Shown: positions 19,994-29,376 of the stretch, piece after piece
Layout: every line of letters begins with the position of its first letter
How positions within the stretch are numbered: the stretch's first letter is position 1
Assembly: GCA_046262395.1 (NCBI GenBank)
Contig: JBHEMW010000062.1
Location: 2,933-66,932 of the forward strand
DNA length: 64,000 bases
Origin: Sphingomicrobium sp.
GTDB taxonomy: Bacteria; Pseudomonadota; Alphaproteobacteria; Sphingomonadales; Sphingomonadaceae
Reading direction: 5' to 3'
Notes under the pieces: model-generated
Told to the model about the DNA's origin: nothing
The model's input: only the letters and a program-made list of their open reading frames with translations
Databases searched by the model: none
Position numbers and translations under genes: made by a program

Positions 19994-21327
19994 TCCGGCT
20001 CTACGACACGATGGAACGGCGCAAGAAGGAGTTCACGCCGGCGGACCCCAAGCGCATCACCATGTATGTCTGCGGGCCCACGGTCTACGGCCGCGCCCAC
20101 ATCGGCAATGCACGTCCGGCGGTGGTGTTCGACACGCTCGCGCGGCTGATCCGGCATCATTATGGCGCCGACAGCCTAGTCTATGCGCGCAACGTGACCG
20201 ACGTCGACGACAAGATCATTGCCGCGGCCGAAGCCGAAGGGGTCGGCTATCGGGTCATCACCGAACGTTACTATCACAACTACATGGAAGATATGGGAGC
20301 ATTGAACGTGCTCCCTCCGGATTTTGAGCCTCGCGCAACTGCCTTTGTCACTCGCATGGTAGATATGATTCAGCGCCTGATAGACACAGGCAACGCGTAC
20401 GTTGTTGAAGGCCATGTCTTATTCTCGGTTACGAGCGATCCTGGCTATGGCGCGCTGTCTCGTCGCGATCGTGAGCAGATGGTCGCTGGCGCACGCGTCG
20501 AGGTGGCGCCCTACAAGCGCGATGCCGCCGACTTCGTGTTATGGAAGCCTGCGGGTCAATCGGCGCAACACGTGGCCTTGAGCTGGGAATCGCCTTGGGG
20601 AAAGGGGCGGCCAGGTTGGCACATCGAATGTTCGGCTATGATCGAAGCATTTGCAGATTCTCGAGGGCAGGGCGAGACGATTGATATTCATGGCGGCGGA
20701 CTCGATCTCATCTTCCCGCATCATGAAAATGAGATCGCCCAGAGCCGTTGCGCCCACGGCGGCGTTCCGCTGGCGCGGCATTGGGTCCACAACGGCTTCG
20801 TCGACATGGGCGCGGAGAAGATGAGCAAGTCGCTCGATAATGTCGTCGGGGTCGATGCGCTGCTCGCGGCTGGGCACAAGGGCGAGACGTTACGACTTGC
20901 GCTGTTGTCCGGCCATTACCGCTCGCCGCTGCCGTGGACCGAGGGCCTCGTTGCGCAAGCCAAGGCGACGCTCGACGGCCTTTATCGCACCGTGGGGGAT
21001 GCGAAGGCGGGCGAACCCGACAACGGCGTTCTCGATGCGCTCGCCGACGACCTCAACACACCGCTTGCGCTTTCGCGCCTTGGTGGATTGCCCGATGCAC
21101 GAACGCTCCGCGCCAGCGCGGCCTTGCTTGGCATACTGGGCGAAAGCGCGGATGAATGGTTTCGCGGCGGCGGGGCTGACACGGACCTCGAAGCGCGGAT
21201 CGAAGCGCGAACCATGGCCAAGGCGGCACGCGATTTCGCAACGGCCGACCGGATCCGCGCCGAGCTCGCCGACGAGGGCATCCTGCTCGAAGACGGGCCG
21301 GAGGGAACGAGCTGGCGGCGGGCATGA
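19990..21327 (+). CDS. cysS: cysteine--tRNA ligase
   Basis: GPTVYGRAHIGNARP (HIGH), GRPGWHIECSAM, FPHHENEIAQS and KMSKS. GTG start overlaps the cvpA stop (GTGA); an alternative ATG is at 20011. Confidence 0.9.
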   Translation: MIRLYDTMERRKKEFTPADPKRITMYVCGPTVYGRAHIGNARPAVVFDTLARLIRHHYGADSLVYARNVTDVDDKIIAAAEAEGVGYRVITERYYHNYMEDMGALNVLPPDFEPRATAFVTRMVDMIQRLIDTGNAYVVEGHVLFSVTSDPGYGALSRRDREQMVAGARVEVAPYKRDAADFVLWKPAGQSAQHVALSWESPWGKGRPGWHIECSAMIEAFADSRGQGETIDIHGGGLDLIFPHHENEIAQSRCAHGGVPLARHWVHNGFVDMGAEKMSKSLDNVVGVDALLAAGHKGETLRLALLSGHYRSPLPWTEGLVAQAKATLDGLYRTVGDAKAGEPDNGVLDALADDLNTPLALSRLGGLPDARTLRASAALLGILGESADEWFRGGGADTDLEARIEARTMAKAARDFATADRIRAELADEGILLEDGPEGTSWRRA

Positions 21328-21746
21328 TTGCGCCGCTCTACACCCGCGACATCTTGCGCCTCGCGGCGTCGATTCCGCATCTTGAGCCGCTCGCCGACCC
21401 TGACGGGGAGGCTGAGCTTCGTTCGCCGACGTGCGGGAGCAGGATGTGGGTCGCGGTGCGGCTTGATGAGCATGGCCGGGTCACAGCGCTTAGCCAGAGA
21501 GTCGAGGCTTGCGCCTTCGGGCAGGCCACGGCCGCGTTGATGGGACAGCACGCGATCAACTCATCTCGCGAGGAGGCTGCTTCCGCGCTCAAGGGTTTGT
21601 CCGCGTGGCTCGCCGGAGAGCGCGAAGATCCCGGCGCATGGCCCGGCCTTGCTACCCTCGCTCCAGCCCGGCTCTACACGGGCCGGCACGGCGCGATTCT
21701 GCTTCCATTCCACACCTTGCTGGCAGCGATCGACGCCGCGTCCTAA
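21324..21746 (+). CDS. IscU/NifU-N-like Fe-S scaffold-family protein
   Basis: SPTCGS and ACAFGQA Cys motifs in an IscU-like frame; only two of the three canonical Cys are visible. ATGA overlap with the cysS stop. Confidence 0.6.
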   Translation: MIAPLYTRDILRLAASIPHLEPLADPDGEAELRSPTCGSRMWVAVRLDEHGRVTALSQRVEACAFGQATAALMGQHAINSSREEAASALKGLSAWLAGEREDPGAWPGLATLAPARLYTGRHGAILLPFHTLLAAIDAAS

Positions 21747-22291
21747 CCATCGCGCTCGTCGAGATGCGCCTGCAGGCCCCGGATGATCGCCCCAACCACA
21801 TCTGCGTGCGCCCCGTCGGCGCTCGTCACGTGGATGTGCGCTTCCGCGTAGAATCCCTCGCGCTCGGCGGCGAGCCGCGCCAGCGTGGCCTTCGGGTCGG
21901 TGGTCTTGAGCATCGGCCGCGTATCCCGCCGTGCCGTTCGTTCGGCGAGCACCTCAACCGGGGCGTTGAGCCACACGGTGATTGCCTTCTCGTTCAGCAA
22001 CCGGCGCGTGTCGGGGTCGACGAAGGCGCCGCCACCGGTCGCGATCACGCGCACCACGCCATCCAGAAGGCGCGCGACCAGACGCCGCTCGCCATCGCGA
22101 AAGTTGGCTTCGCCATAGCGCGCGAAGACTTCGCCGGCGGGCGCCCCCGCAGCATCCTCGATCGCATCGTCGCTGTCGACAAAGCCAAGGCCGAGCCGCT
22201 GCGCCAAACGGCGGCCGATGGTCGACTTGCCCACCCCCATCAGCCCGACAAGCACGATCGGGCGGTCGAGGCGGCGGTTCAGTCGCGGCAT
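21743..22291 (-). CDS. aroK: shikimate kinase
   Basis: Walker A GLMGVGKSTIGRRLA with downstream DSD. Start at M46 of the 22426 ORF. Confidence 0.88.
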   Translation of the reverse strand: MPRLNRRLDRPIVLVGLMGVGKSTIGRRLAQRLGLGFVDSDDAIEDAAGAPAGEVFARYGEANFRDGERRLVARLLDGVVRVIATGGGAFVDPDTRRLLNEKAITVWLNAPVEVLAERTARRDTRPMLKTTDPKATLARLAAEREGFYAEAHIHVTSADGAHADVVGAIIRGLQAHLDERDG

Positions 22292-22425
22292 GTCTGGCCG
22301 GAGATGGCGGATTTTTGCATCGCACGGGCTATACATAAGGGCGCAAGGTCGGGCAAAAGCCCCGCGAACAACCAAGGCATGTTGCACCGATGGGCCCTTC
22401 GCTGAACAGAATTCAATCCGCGCCA

Positions 22426-22575
22426 ATGCGCCGCCGGCCGATGTCGCCGCTGATCCCGCTACTGGTCGTGCTGGTGGTGATCGTCGCGGCGCTGTTCTTC
22501 CTGTCGCGCCATGCCAGCGAGCAGCCGACCAAGGTCATCGAGGTCGACGTCGCGCATGAACCGGCTGCGCGCTAA
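22426..22575 (+). CDS. possible small single-TM protein
   Basis: MRRRPMSPLIPLLVVLVVIVAALFFLS... has one clear TM span. No Shine-Dalgarno sequence seen, and the start is uncertain. Confidence 0.3.
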   Translation: MRRRPMSPLIPLLVVLVVIVAALFFLSRHASEQPTKVIEVDVAHEPAAR

Positions 22576-24388
22576 GCGCTTCCTGACCGCTGCCGCCGTG
22601 GTCGCGCTGGCGATCCCGGCGCTTGCGCAGGAGCGACCGACATCGATCCTTCCGCCCGGATTCGGGGAACCGCCGCCGACGCAGAACAATGCCTCGCCGG
22701 CACAGCCAGGCAGGCCGGATCAGCTTGCGCCCGCACCAGAGCCTTCTCCAACTGAAGGGAACGCTGTTGCCGCGCCCGGCAATGGGGAGGATCAAACCAC
22801 CGAGACGGACTCGCTGACAGCGGCCGATGAAGCCGCGGCCGACGTCCCGAAGCCACCTGAAGTTCCGGACTCCGCACGGCGCGATCCGTCGCTCGTCGGG
22901 CGACTAGATCCCATGGTAATCGGCATCGGTACCGATCCCTGGGCGGCGGCGAGCGGACAATTTCTCGAACGGGCGATGCGCCGTACCAACGGGGCGCTCC
23001 CCTCACGCTGGCTGCACATCGCTCTTCGCAACGCGCTGCTCGCGCGCGCTCCGACCCCCTTTGGCGTCAACCCCGCCGACTGGGTCGCCGAGCGCGCCTG
23101 GTTGTTGCTGCGCATGGGCGAAGCGGATGCGGCGCGGATGCTCGTGTCCGGCGTCGACGTCGCGGACTTCACTCCCAAGCTGACCCAGGTCGCGACGCAG
23201 AGCGCGCTGGCGAACGCCGACCCGGCAGGGCTGTGCCCGCTTCGCGATAGCCTGAACGAGGTCGAGCCGCGCATCGCGCCATTGGTCGATGCCATCTGCT
23301 CATCGCTGTCGGGCAATCCCGAGACAGCCGCGGCGGACATCGACGATGCGCGCCGCCGCGGCCGCATGGGCGGGATCGACGTCAGTCTGGCCGACAAGCT
23401 GGTTGGCGCTGGCGCGGACACCAAGCGGGCGGTGACCATCGAATGGGACCCGGTTTCGCAGCTTAACGTCTGGCGGTTCGGTCTCGCGAGCGCGACGGGA
23501 CTCGGCATTCCCGACCGCCTGCTGGCGGATGCTTCGCCGCAGATGCGGGCGTGGCAAGCGCGGGCGCCGATGCTGGCGACCGATCAGCGGCTCGCATCGG
23601 CACGTATTGCCGCTGGCCTTGGCGTCTTTTCCGGCAAGTCGCTGGTCGACGTTTACTCTGGCCAGTACGACCGCACCGATCCCGACGAATTGTCGCAGAC
23701 CGATGCGTGGCAGCTGCGGGTCGCCTTCCTCGGCCGCGATCAGGACGCGCGGCTGGGGGCGATGCGCAAGCTGTGGACCAAGGCCGCCGACGACCCGATT
23801 GAGCGCGAGGCAACGGGTGCCATGCTCGGCATCGCCGCGAGCCGTGTGGCGCCCAATGCGGCCCTGGCCGACGACGCTCCCGATCTTATCTCTTCGATGC
23901 TCGCTGCGGGTATGGACGAGGAAGCGGCGCGCTGGGTGCCGGCACTGGCCGGGATGGACGAGAAAGCCAACGATAGATGCTGGGCCATGCTTGCACTTGC
24001 CGCTCCATCAGCCCGCGGGCTCGATCTGTCTTACGCTCGAGTCGATAAGTTCATCAGCCGCGACGGGAGCGCGGGCAAGCGTCGCGGCGCACTGCTCGTG
24101 GCCGGACTATCGGGCCTCGGCCGCCTCGATTCGCAGAGCGCGGGGCGGCTGTCGGGCCGGTACGGATTCGGGCTCGACCGCAGGGATGAGTGGACCAATC
24201 TTATCGACGGCGCGACCGCGCGCAGGCAGGGGGGCACGGCGACCGTGCTTGCCAGTCTTGCCTTCCAGGCGGCGCATTGGAACGCCGTTCCGGCGCTGTT
24301 CCTGTTCCACTCGGTCGCCGCGCTCAACGGTACGGGACAGGCGTTCAACGCCCGGATGATCGCGGCCGAGGCTTTGAGCCGCTCCTGA
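22556..24388 (+). CDS. secreted hypothetical protein with Pro-rich N-terminal linker
   Basis: Signal peptide MNRLRAKRFLTAAAVVALAIPALAQE, then a P/A/E-rich low-complexity stretch, then about 500 aa of non-repetitive sequence. No family recognised. Confidence 0.6.
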   Translation: MNRLRAKRFLTAAAVVALAIPALAQERPTSILPPGFGEPPPTQNNASPAQPGRPDQLAPAPEPSPTEGNAVAAPGNGEDQTTETDSLTAADEAAADVPKPPEVPDSARRDPSLVGRLDPMVIGIGTDPWAAASGQFLERAMRRTNGALPSRWLHIALRNALLARAPTPFGVNPADWVAERAWLLLRMGEADAARMLVSGVDVADFTPKLTQVATQSALANADPAGLCPLRDSLNEVEPRIAPLVDAICSSLSGNPETAAADIDDARRRGRMGGIDVSLADKLVGAGADTKRAVTIEWDPVSQLNVWRFGLASATGLGIPDRLLADASPQMRAWQARAPMLATDQRLASARIAAGLGVFSGKSLVDVYSGQYDRTDPDELSQTDAWQLRVAFLGRDQDARLGAMRKLWTKAADDPIEREATGAMLGIAASRVAPNAALADDAPDLISSMLAAGMDEEAARWVPALAGMDEKANDRCWAMLALAAPSARGLDLSYARVDKFISRDGSAGKRRGALLVAGLSGLGRLDSQSAGRLSGRYGFGLDRRDEWTNLIDGATARRQGGTATVLASLAFQAAHWNAVPALFLFHSVAALNGTGQAFNARMIAAEALSRS

Positions 24389-24398
24389 TGGAGCAAGA

Positions 24399-25286
24399 AT
24401 GACCGAGGCCGACCGGGCTCTGGTCGATCGGTTCCTCGACATGATGGCCGCCGAGGCGGGTGCGGCGCGAAACACGCTGGTGGCCTACCGACGGGATCTC
24501 GAGGCTGCGGCGGAGGTGCTGGGTGATGTCGGCACTGCGCAGGTGCCAGCCCTGAAGGGACTTGGCGAGGCATGGCGGGAGCTAGCGCCATCGACCGTGT
24601 CTCGCCGGGCGGCAGCGCTGCGCCGTTTCTACGGTTTTCTGTTCGATGAAGGCTTGCGAGCCGACGACCCGTCCGCCGCGCTGCCGCGGCCGGTGCATCA
24701 GCGGCCCCTGCCGCGCATCCTGGAAGCCTCCGAGGTCGAGGCGATGTTCCGGGGAGCCGAGGATCGCGCCCTATCGGGAACGCGCGATACGGTCCGCAAT
24801 CTCTCGCTGCTCGAACTGCTCTACGGGTCGGGCCTCCGCGCAAGTGAGTTGGTGTCATTGCCGCGCGGCGCGCTGCGCAGCGGTCAGCCTTTCCTCATTC
24901 TGCGCGGCAAGGGCTCGAAGGAACGGCTCGTGCCGATTTCGGCGCGTGCCGAGCAGGCAGTCGGACGGTGGCGCGAGCAGGTGCCGGGGGACAGTCCGTG
25001 GCTCTATCCCAGCGGCAAGGCCCATTTGAGTCGGGTGCGGCTGTTCCAGATCGTTCGCGCCATGGCCGCGCTCGCCGGAATCGCACCGGAGCGGGTCAGT
25101 CCGCACGTTTTGCGCCACGCGTTCGCGACGCATCTTCTGGCCGGCGGCGCGGACCTTCGCGTGCTTCAGGCGCTGCTCGGCCACGCCGACATCGCCACAA
25201 CCCAGATCTACACTCACGTCGACAGCGCGCGGCTGATCGAACTGGTCAACGCGCGCCACCCGCTTGCCGACGCCGCGAAGCGTTGA
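24399..25286 (+). CDS. xerD: site-specific tyrosine recombinase XerD
   Basis: RGKGSKERLVP, HVLRHAFATHLL and LLGHADIATTQIYTHV catalytic motifs. Confidence 0.9.
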   Translation: MTEADRALVDRFLDMMAAEAGAARNTLVAYRRDLEAAAEVLGDVGTAQVPALKGLGEAWRELAPSTVSRRAAALRRFYGFLFDEGLRADDPSAALPRPVHQRPLPRILEASEVEAMFRGAEDRALSGTRDTVRNLSLLELLYGSGLRASELVSLPRGALRSGQPFLILRGKGSKERLVPISARAEQAVGRWREQVPGDSPWLYPSGKAHLSRVRLFQIVRAMAALAGIAPERVSPHVLRHAFATHLLAGGADLRVLQALLGHADIATTQIYTHVDSARLIELVNARHPLADAAKR

Positions 25287-25320
25287 CCGGCGGAGAGGCC
25301 CGGCTTAGGCCGCGCGGCTG

Positions 25321-26265
25321 ATGGCCATGACCTACCTCGATTTTGAAAAGCCGATTGCCGAACTGGAGACCCGCGTTGCGGAATTGAAGGCGACCGCACG
25401 AACCGGATCGATCGATATCGATGCCGAAGTGTCGCGGCTGGAGAGCAAGGCGACCAAGCTCCTCCGGGACACCTATGCGAAGCTGACACCCTGGCAAAAA
25501 GCGCAGGTCGCCCGTCATCCCGAACGCCCCCATTTCAAGGATTACCTCGCCGGCATCGCGACTGACTTCGTTGAGCTTGCCGGAGATCGCGCCTTTGGCA
25601 ACGATCCGGCGATCGTTGGCGGTCTCGCCCGCATCGACGGGCGTCGGGTCATGATCCTGGGTCATGAGAAGGGCGACGACACGGCCTCCCGGCTGCATCA
25701 CAATTTTGGCATGGCCAAGCCCGAGGGCTATCGTAAGGCGATCCGCCTGATGCAGCTCGCCGACCGCTTCGGATTGCCGGTGGTCAGCCTGGTCGACACG
25801 CCGGGCGCCTTCCCCGGCGTGCAGGCCGAGGAACGCGGTCAGGCTGAGGCCATCGCCCGCTCGACCGAGCAATGTCTGGCTCTCAAGGTGCCGCTGATTG
25901 CGGTCATCGTCGGCGAGGGCGGGTCGGGCGGCGCAGTGGCGATCGCATCAGCCAATCGCGTGCTGATGTTCGAGAATGCGATTTATGCGGTGATCTCGCC
26001 GGAGGGCTGTGCGTCGATTCTGTGGCGCACGGCGGATAAGGCGTCGGACGCTGCCGAGGCGATGCGAGTCACCGCCGCCGACCTGAAGGCACTCGGCGTG
26101 GTCGATCGCATCGTCGGTGAGCCGCTTGGCGGTGCGCATCGAGACCGGCCGGGAGCCATCGAACGTCTGAAAGAAGCGATCATCGAAGAACTCGACGAGT
26201 GCGTGGCGCTGTCTCCTGACGAACTTCTCCGGCAGCGACGGGCAAAGTTCCTTGCGATTGGCTAG
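25321..26265 (+). CDS. accA: acetyl-CoA carboxylase carboxyltransferase subunit alpha
   Basis: [13 protein letters not shown]-terminus and [21 protein letters not shown] motif. Confidence 0.92.
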   Translation: MAMTYLDFEKPIAELETRVAELKATARTGSIDIDAEVSRLESKATKLLRDTYAKLTPWQKAQVARHPERPHFKDYLAGIATDFVELAGDRAFGNDPAIVGGLARIDGRRVMILGHEKGDDTASRLHHNFGMAKPEGYRKAIRLMQLADRFGLPVVSLVDTPGAFPGVQAEERGQAEAIARSTEQCLALKVPLIAVIVGEGGSGGAVAIASANRVLMFENAIYAVISPEGCASILWRTADKASDAAEAMRVTAADLKALGVVDRIVGEPLGGAHRDRPGAIERLKEAIIEELDECVALSPDELLRQRRAKFLAIG

Positions 26266-26302
26266 GCCGACCCGCTGGGGTGTCCAGTCTCGGCGCTTGA
26301 AA

Positions 26303-26482
26303 TCAGGTGTTCTGCACCGCGCTGTTGATCTTCGTCCACATGCCGAGTGCGCCGCCGCCGAGCGAACTTAGCGCACCCACCATCGCGACGACGATAAGCG
26401 CCGCGATGAGCCCATATTCGATCGCTGTCGCGCCTCGCTCGTCTGCGCCGAGCATGCGCAACATCTTTCGGATAGCAGTCAC
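26303..26482 (-). CDS. Flp family type IVb pilin
   Basis: Minus-strand GTG preceded by gaggagg. VTAIRKMLRMLGADERG/ATAIEYGLIAALIVVAMVGAL... carries the Flp G/ATAIEYGLI processing motif. Too short for the ORF track. Confidence 0.8.
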   Translation of the reverse strand: MTAIRKMLRMLGADERGATAIEYGLIAALIVVAMVGALSSLGGGALGMWTKINSAVQNT

Positions 26483-26540
26483 GCCACCCTCCTCTGGTCC
26501 ACTTCCACGGGATTGAAATTAAAGCGGCAGGGTTAAGGAA

Positions 26541-26556
26541 TTCGCTTCGAAGCGAA
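26541..26556. promoter_or_regulatory. perfect 16-bp palindrome TTCGCTTCGAAGCGAA upstream of flp
   Basis: Lies between the methyltransferase stop (26576) and the flp start (26482). Could be an operator or a terminator-like stem; function not determined. Confidence 0.3.
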
Positions 26557-26575
26557 GTTAACGCACCGTGAGTCG

Positions 26576-27325
26576 TTAATTTTCTGAACCATCCGTCGGT
26601 GTCCAGGCAGCGAAGTGGATGATCTCGATCATCTCTGCGGTTCGTCCCTCGTTTGCGAGCGCCGCAAAGGCAGCGCGTGCCGCAGCGAGGCCGCGGCGGA
26701 GCACAGGACGCCGTGACCGGTTGGAAAGGCGATTGGTCGCCTCCATCGCACGCAGGTCGCCAATCAGCGCGTCGAAGCTCGCGTAGCGCAGGCGAACGCG
26801 GTCGACGTCCACCACCGGCATGACAAAGCCGCCCTCCGCGAGGAGCGTAGCGAAACTCGAGGGGGCGATACGCGGATGGACGTGGGCCGAAACGCTCCCA
26901 TCGGCCTCGTCGGCGGCCCGCATCGCGGATCGAAGAACGGGCAGCGAATCGCCTCCGGCAAACGCCCCGATGAACAGCGCGCCGGGGGCAAGCGCGAAAC
27001 GAAGCGCAGTGAGTATCGCCGGCAATGGCTCGGCGGAGTCGAGCGCGCCGATGCTGATGCATAGGTCTTGTAGCGATGGCAGCGGCTGGCTGCTGGGGAC
27101 GTCCATCGCTTGCACGCAGTCAACGCCGGCATTGCGTAGGCGAAGGGACCAATCCGGCTCCGAGTGCCCAAAGATGAGCGCGGATTCGAAGCGCCGCTCG
27201 GTGAGGAGGATGCGTTCCACAATGTCGTCGAACGCCCGCTCATAGAGGAATGGCTGGCGGCCCATCCGCCCGGCGCGGGCGCGGCGCAGCGGCAAGAGAG
27301 CGGGATCGAATAGCGCATCGGACAT
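26576..27325 (-). CDS. class I SAM-dependent methyltransferase-like protein
   Basis: Start at M57 (MSDALFDPALLPLRRARA...). Divergent from comF-grxC, as is common in alphaproteobacteria. Confidence 0.6.
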   Translation of the reverse strand: MSDALFDPALLPLRRARAGRMGRQPFLYERAFDDIVERILLTERRFESALIFGHSEPDWSLRLRNAGVDCVQAMDVPSSQPLPSLQDLCISIGALDSAEPLPAILTALRFALAPGALFIGAFAGGDSLPVLRSAMRAADEADGSVSAHVHPRIAPSSFATLLAEGGFVMPVVDVDRVRLRYASFDALIGDLRAMEATNRLSNRSRRPVLRRGLAAARAAFAALANEGRTAEMIEIIHFAAWTPTDGSEN

Positions 27326-27370
27326 CGACGCTGCTTGTGCGATGGCCGGTTGCGCGCGACAAGCGGCCCG

Positions 27371-28129
27371 ATGGTATCGACGCTGACAGCGGAAGGCATT
27401 GGCCGGGCGGTGTGGAGCGGCGCGCATTGGCTGCTCGATCTCGTCCTGCCGCCGCGTTGTCCCGGCTGCGGCGAGATCGTCGGCACGCTGCACAGCTTCT
27501 GCCCGCCATGCTGGAGTGCGCTCGAATTCCTCGGCGAGCGCGGATGCCTGACCTGCGGCATTCCGCTCGAGGCGACCGATAGCGGCACCTGCGCCGCGTG
27601 TCTTGCGCGGCCGCCGCGGATTGCGCGGACCCGCGCTGCCGTCGCTTACGGCGACATTTCGCGCAAGCTCGCCATCCGCCTCAAATATGGACGCAAGGTG
27701 GCGGTGGCTAAGGCGATGGCGCGCTACATGGCGCCCTTGGTTGGCACGACGGGCGACGCGCTGCTCGTTCCGGTCCCGCTACATCGTCGGCGGCTTGCGG
27801 TACGTGGTTTCAACCAGTCGCTGCTAATCGCACACGAGATCGGCCGCTCACGGGATCTCAATGTCATACCCCGTGCGCTTCGCCGTAAACGCGCCACGCC
27901 GCCGCTGAAAGGCATGAGCTTCAGCCAGCGTCGCCGCACCGTCGCCGGTGCATTCGTGGTCCATAAGGGCATTGATATTGCTGGCCGCACCGTGATCCTC
28001 GTCGATGACGTGCTCACCACCGGAAGCACCGCCAACGCGTGCGCGCGAGCTTTGCAGCGAGCGGGAGTGGCGCGGGTCGAACTCATTTGCTGGGCGCGCG
28101 TGGTGCGCCCGCCGCAGTTTGAGCGTTAA
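27371..28129 (+). CDS. ComF family protein (double zinc ribbon + PRTase domain)
   Basis: CPGCGEIV...FCPPCW...CLTCGIPL...CAAC zinc ribbons and C-terminal ILVDDVLTTGST PRTase motif. Confidence 0.85.
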   Translation: MVSTLTAEGIGRAVWSGAHWLLDLVLPPRCPGCGEIVGTLHSFCPPCWSALEFLGERGCLTCGIPLEATDSGTCAACLARPPRIARTRAAVAYGDISRKLAIRLKYGRKVAVAKAMARYMAPLVGTTGDALLVPVPLHRRRLAVRGFNQSLLIAHEIGRSRDLNVIPRALRRKRATPPLKGMSFSQRRRTVAGAFVVHKGIDIAGRTVILVDDVLTTGSTANACARALQRAGVARVELICWARVVRPPQFER

Positions 28130-28154
28130 GCGGCCGATCGATAAGGAGCGACCT

Positions 28155-28418
28155 GTGGGACTAGTCGAAATCTATCTGAAAACCACCTGCCCCTACTGCA
28201 TGCGTGCGCAGCATTTGCTTCGGCAGAAAGGCGTCGAGGCACAGGAATATGTCGTCGATCATGGCGGTTCCAAAAAAGAGGAAATGGTTCGGCGCGCCAA
28301 GGGTCGCACCACGGTGCCACAAATCTTCATCGATGGGCGGCACATCGGCGGCTGCGACGATCTGATGGCGCTGGAACGGAACGGCAAGCTCGACGAACTG
28401 CTCGACGCTGCTGCCTGA
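28155..28418 (+). CDS. grxC: glutaredoxin 3
   Basis: GTG after an aaggag Shine-Dalgarno sequence. CPYC active site and TVPQIFIDGRHIGGCDD. Confidence 0.9.
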   Translation: MGLVEIYLKTTCPYCMRAQHLLRQKGVEAQEYVVDHGGSKKEEMVRRAKGRTTVPQIFIDGRHIGGCDDLMALERNGKLDELLDAAA

Positions 28419-29242
28419 TGGTCAGGGTTGCGCTTTACCAGGCACGAAGCGGGATTGACCCCGCAGCCAATGCCGACGCGCTGGTAAGCGCGGTCGAGGC
28501 AGCTGCGACCGGCGGTGCCGCAATGCTATTCACGCCCGAGATGTCGGGCCTGCTCGACTCCGATCGCGAACGGGCACGGCCTCAGGTTGTCGAGGAGCCC
28601 GACGACCGGGTTCTTGCCGCAATGCGTGAGGCGGCGAAGCGGCACGGGCTATGGGTCAGCCTCGGCTCGCTCGCCGTGCAGGCCGATGAGGGGCGTTTCG
28701 CCAACCGCGCCTTCGTCATCGACGACGCCGGGGAGATCAGGGCCCGCTATGATAAGATTCATCTGTTCGATGTCGACCTCCCGACCGGTGAGCGGTGGCG
28801 CGAATCGGCAAGCTATCGGCCGGGCGAACGGGCCGCGATCGTGCCGGGCACGCCGGTTGGCACGCTGGGTCTCACCATCTGCTATGATCTGCGCTTTCCC
28901 GCGCTGTTCGCAAGGCTGGCCGAGGCTGGTGCGGACACGATCGTTGTTCCCGCCGCCTTCACCGTCCCGACCGGCGAGGCGCATTGGCACATCCTCCTGC
29001 GTGCGCGCGCGATCGAAGCCGGCCTGTTCGTCGTTGCCGCTGCTCAAGGCGGACTTCACGAGGACGGCCGGCGGACATTCGGGCACAGCCTGGTCGTCGA
29101 TCCCTGGGGCGAAGTGTTGACCGATCTCGGCGAGGGCGACGAGCCCCGCCTCGGCTTTGCGGACATTGATCTCGGCCGCATCGTCGAGGTCCGCGGACGG
29201 GTGCCCGCACTCGTGCACCGTCGCCCAGTCCCGATCATTTGA
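28418..29242 (+). CDS. carbon-nitrogen hydrolase (nitrilase superfamily) protein
   Basis: FTPEM (catalytic Glu), KIHLFD (Lys) and LTICYDLRFP (Cys) triad motifs. Confidence 0.85.
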   Translation: MVRVALYQARSGIDPAANADALVSAVEAAATGGAAMLFTPEMSGLLDSDRERARPQVVEEPDDRVLAAMREAAKRHGLWVSLGSLAVQADEGRFANRAFVIDDAGEIRARYDKIHLFDVDLPTGERWRESASYRPGERAAIVPGTPVGTLGLTICYDLRFPALFARLAEAGADTIVVPAAFTVPTGEAHWHILLRARAIEAGLFVVAAAQGGLHEDGRRTFGHSLVVDPWGEVLTDLGEGDEPRLGFADIDLGRIVEVRGRVPALVHRRPVPII

Positions 29243-29277
29243 TTCCCCGCTTCGCCCGCCGTATCGGAATGCCCATC

Positions 29278-29354
29278 GGCTCCGTAGCTCAGCAGGATAG
29301 AGCGACGGTTTCCTAAACCGCAGGTCGGGGGTTCGAGTCCCTCCGGGGCCACCA
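29278..29354 (+). tRNA. tRNA-Arg (anticodon CCT)
   Basis: GGCTCCG acceptor stem pairing with CGGGGCC-A-CCA, D arm GCTC/GAGC, anticodon loop TTCCTAA, and T arm GGGGG-TTCGAGT-CCCTC. Confidence 0.9.
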
Positions 29355-29376
29355 AATTCGGGAGGACGGCAGGCCA

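Noticed and set aside
22556-24388. Treating the 610-aa secreted hypothetical between aroK and xerD as part of a novel system.
   Set aside because: It is a single gene with a signal peptide and a Pro-rich linker, flanked by core genes, with core-like codon usage. Nothing in the sequence links it functionally to its neighbours.
26483-26575. CtrA box (TTAA-N7-TTAAC) upstream of the Flp pilin, by analogy with Caulobacter pilA.
   Set aside because: Several TTAA(C) half-sites occur (ttaacgactc..., gttaacttcg..., ttaaccctgccgctttaa). Their spacings are about 10, 14 and 20 nt, and none is N7.
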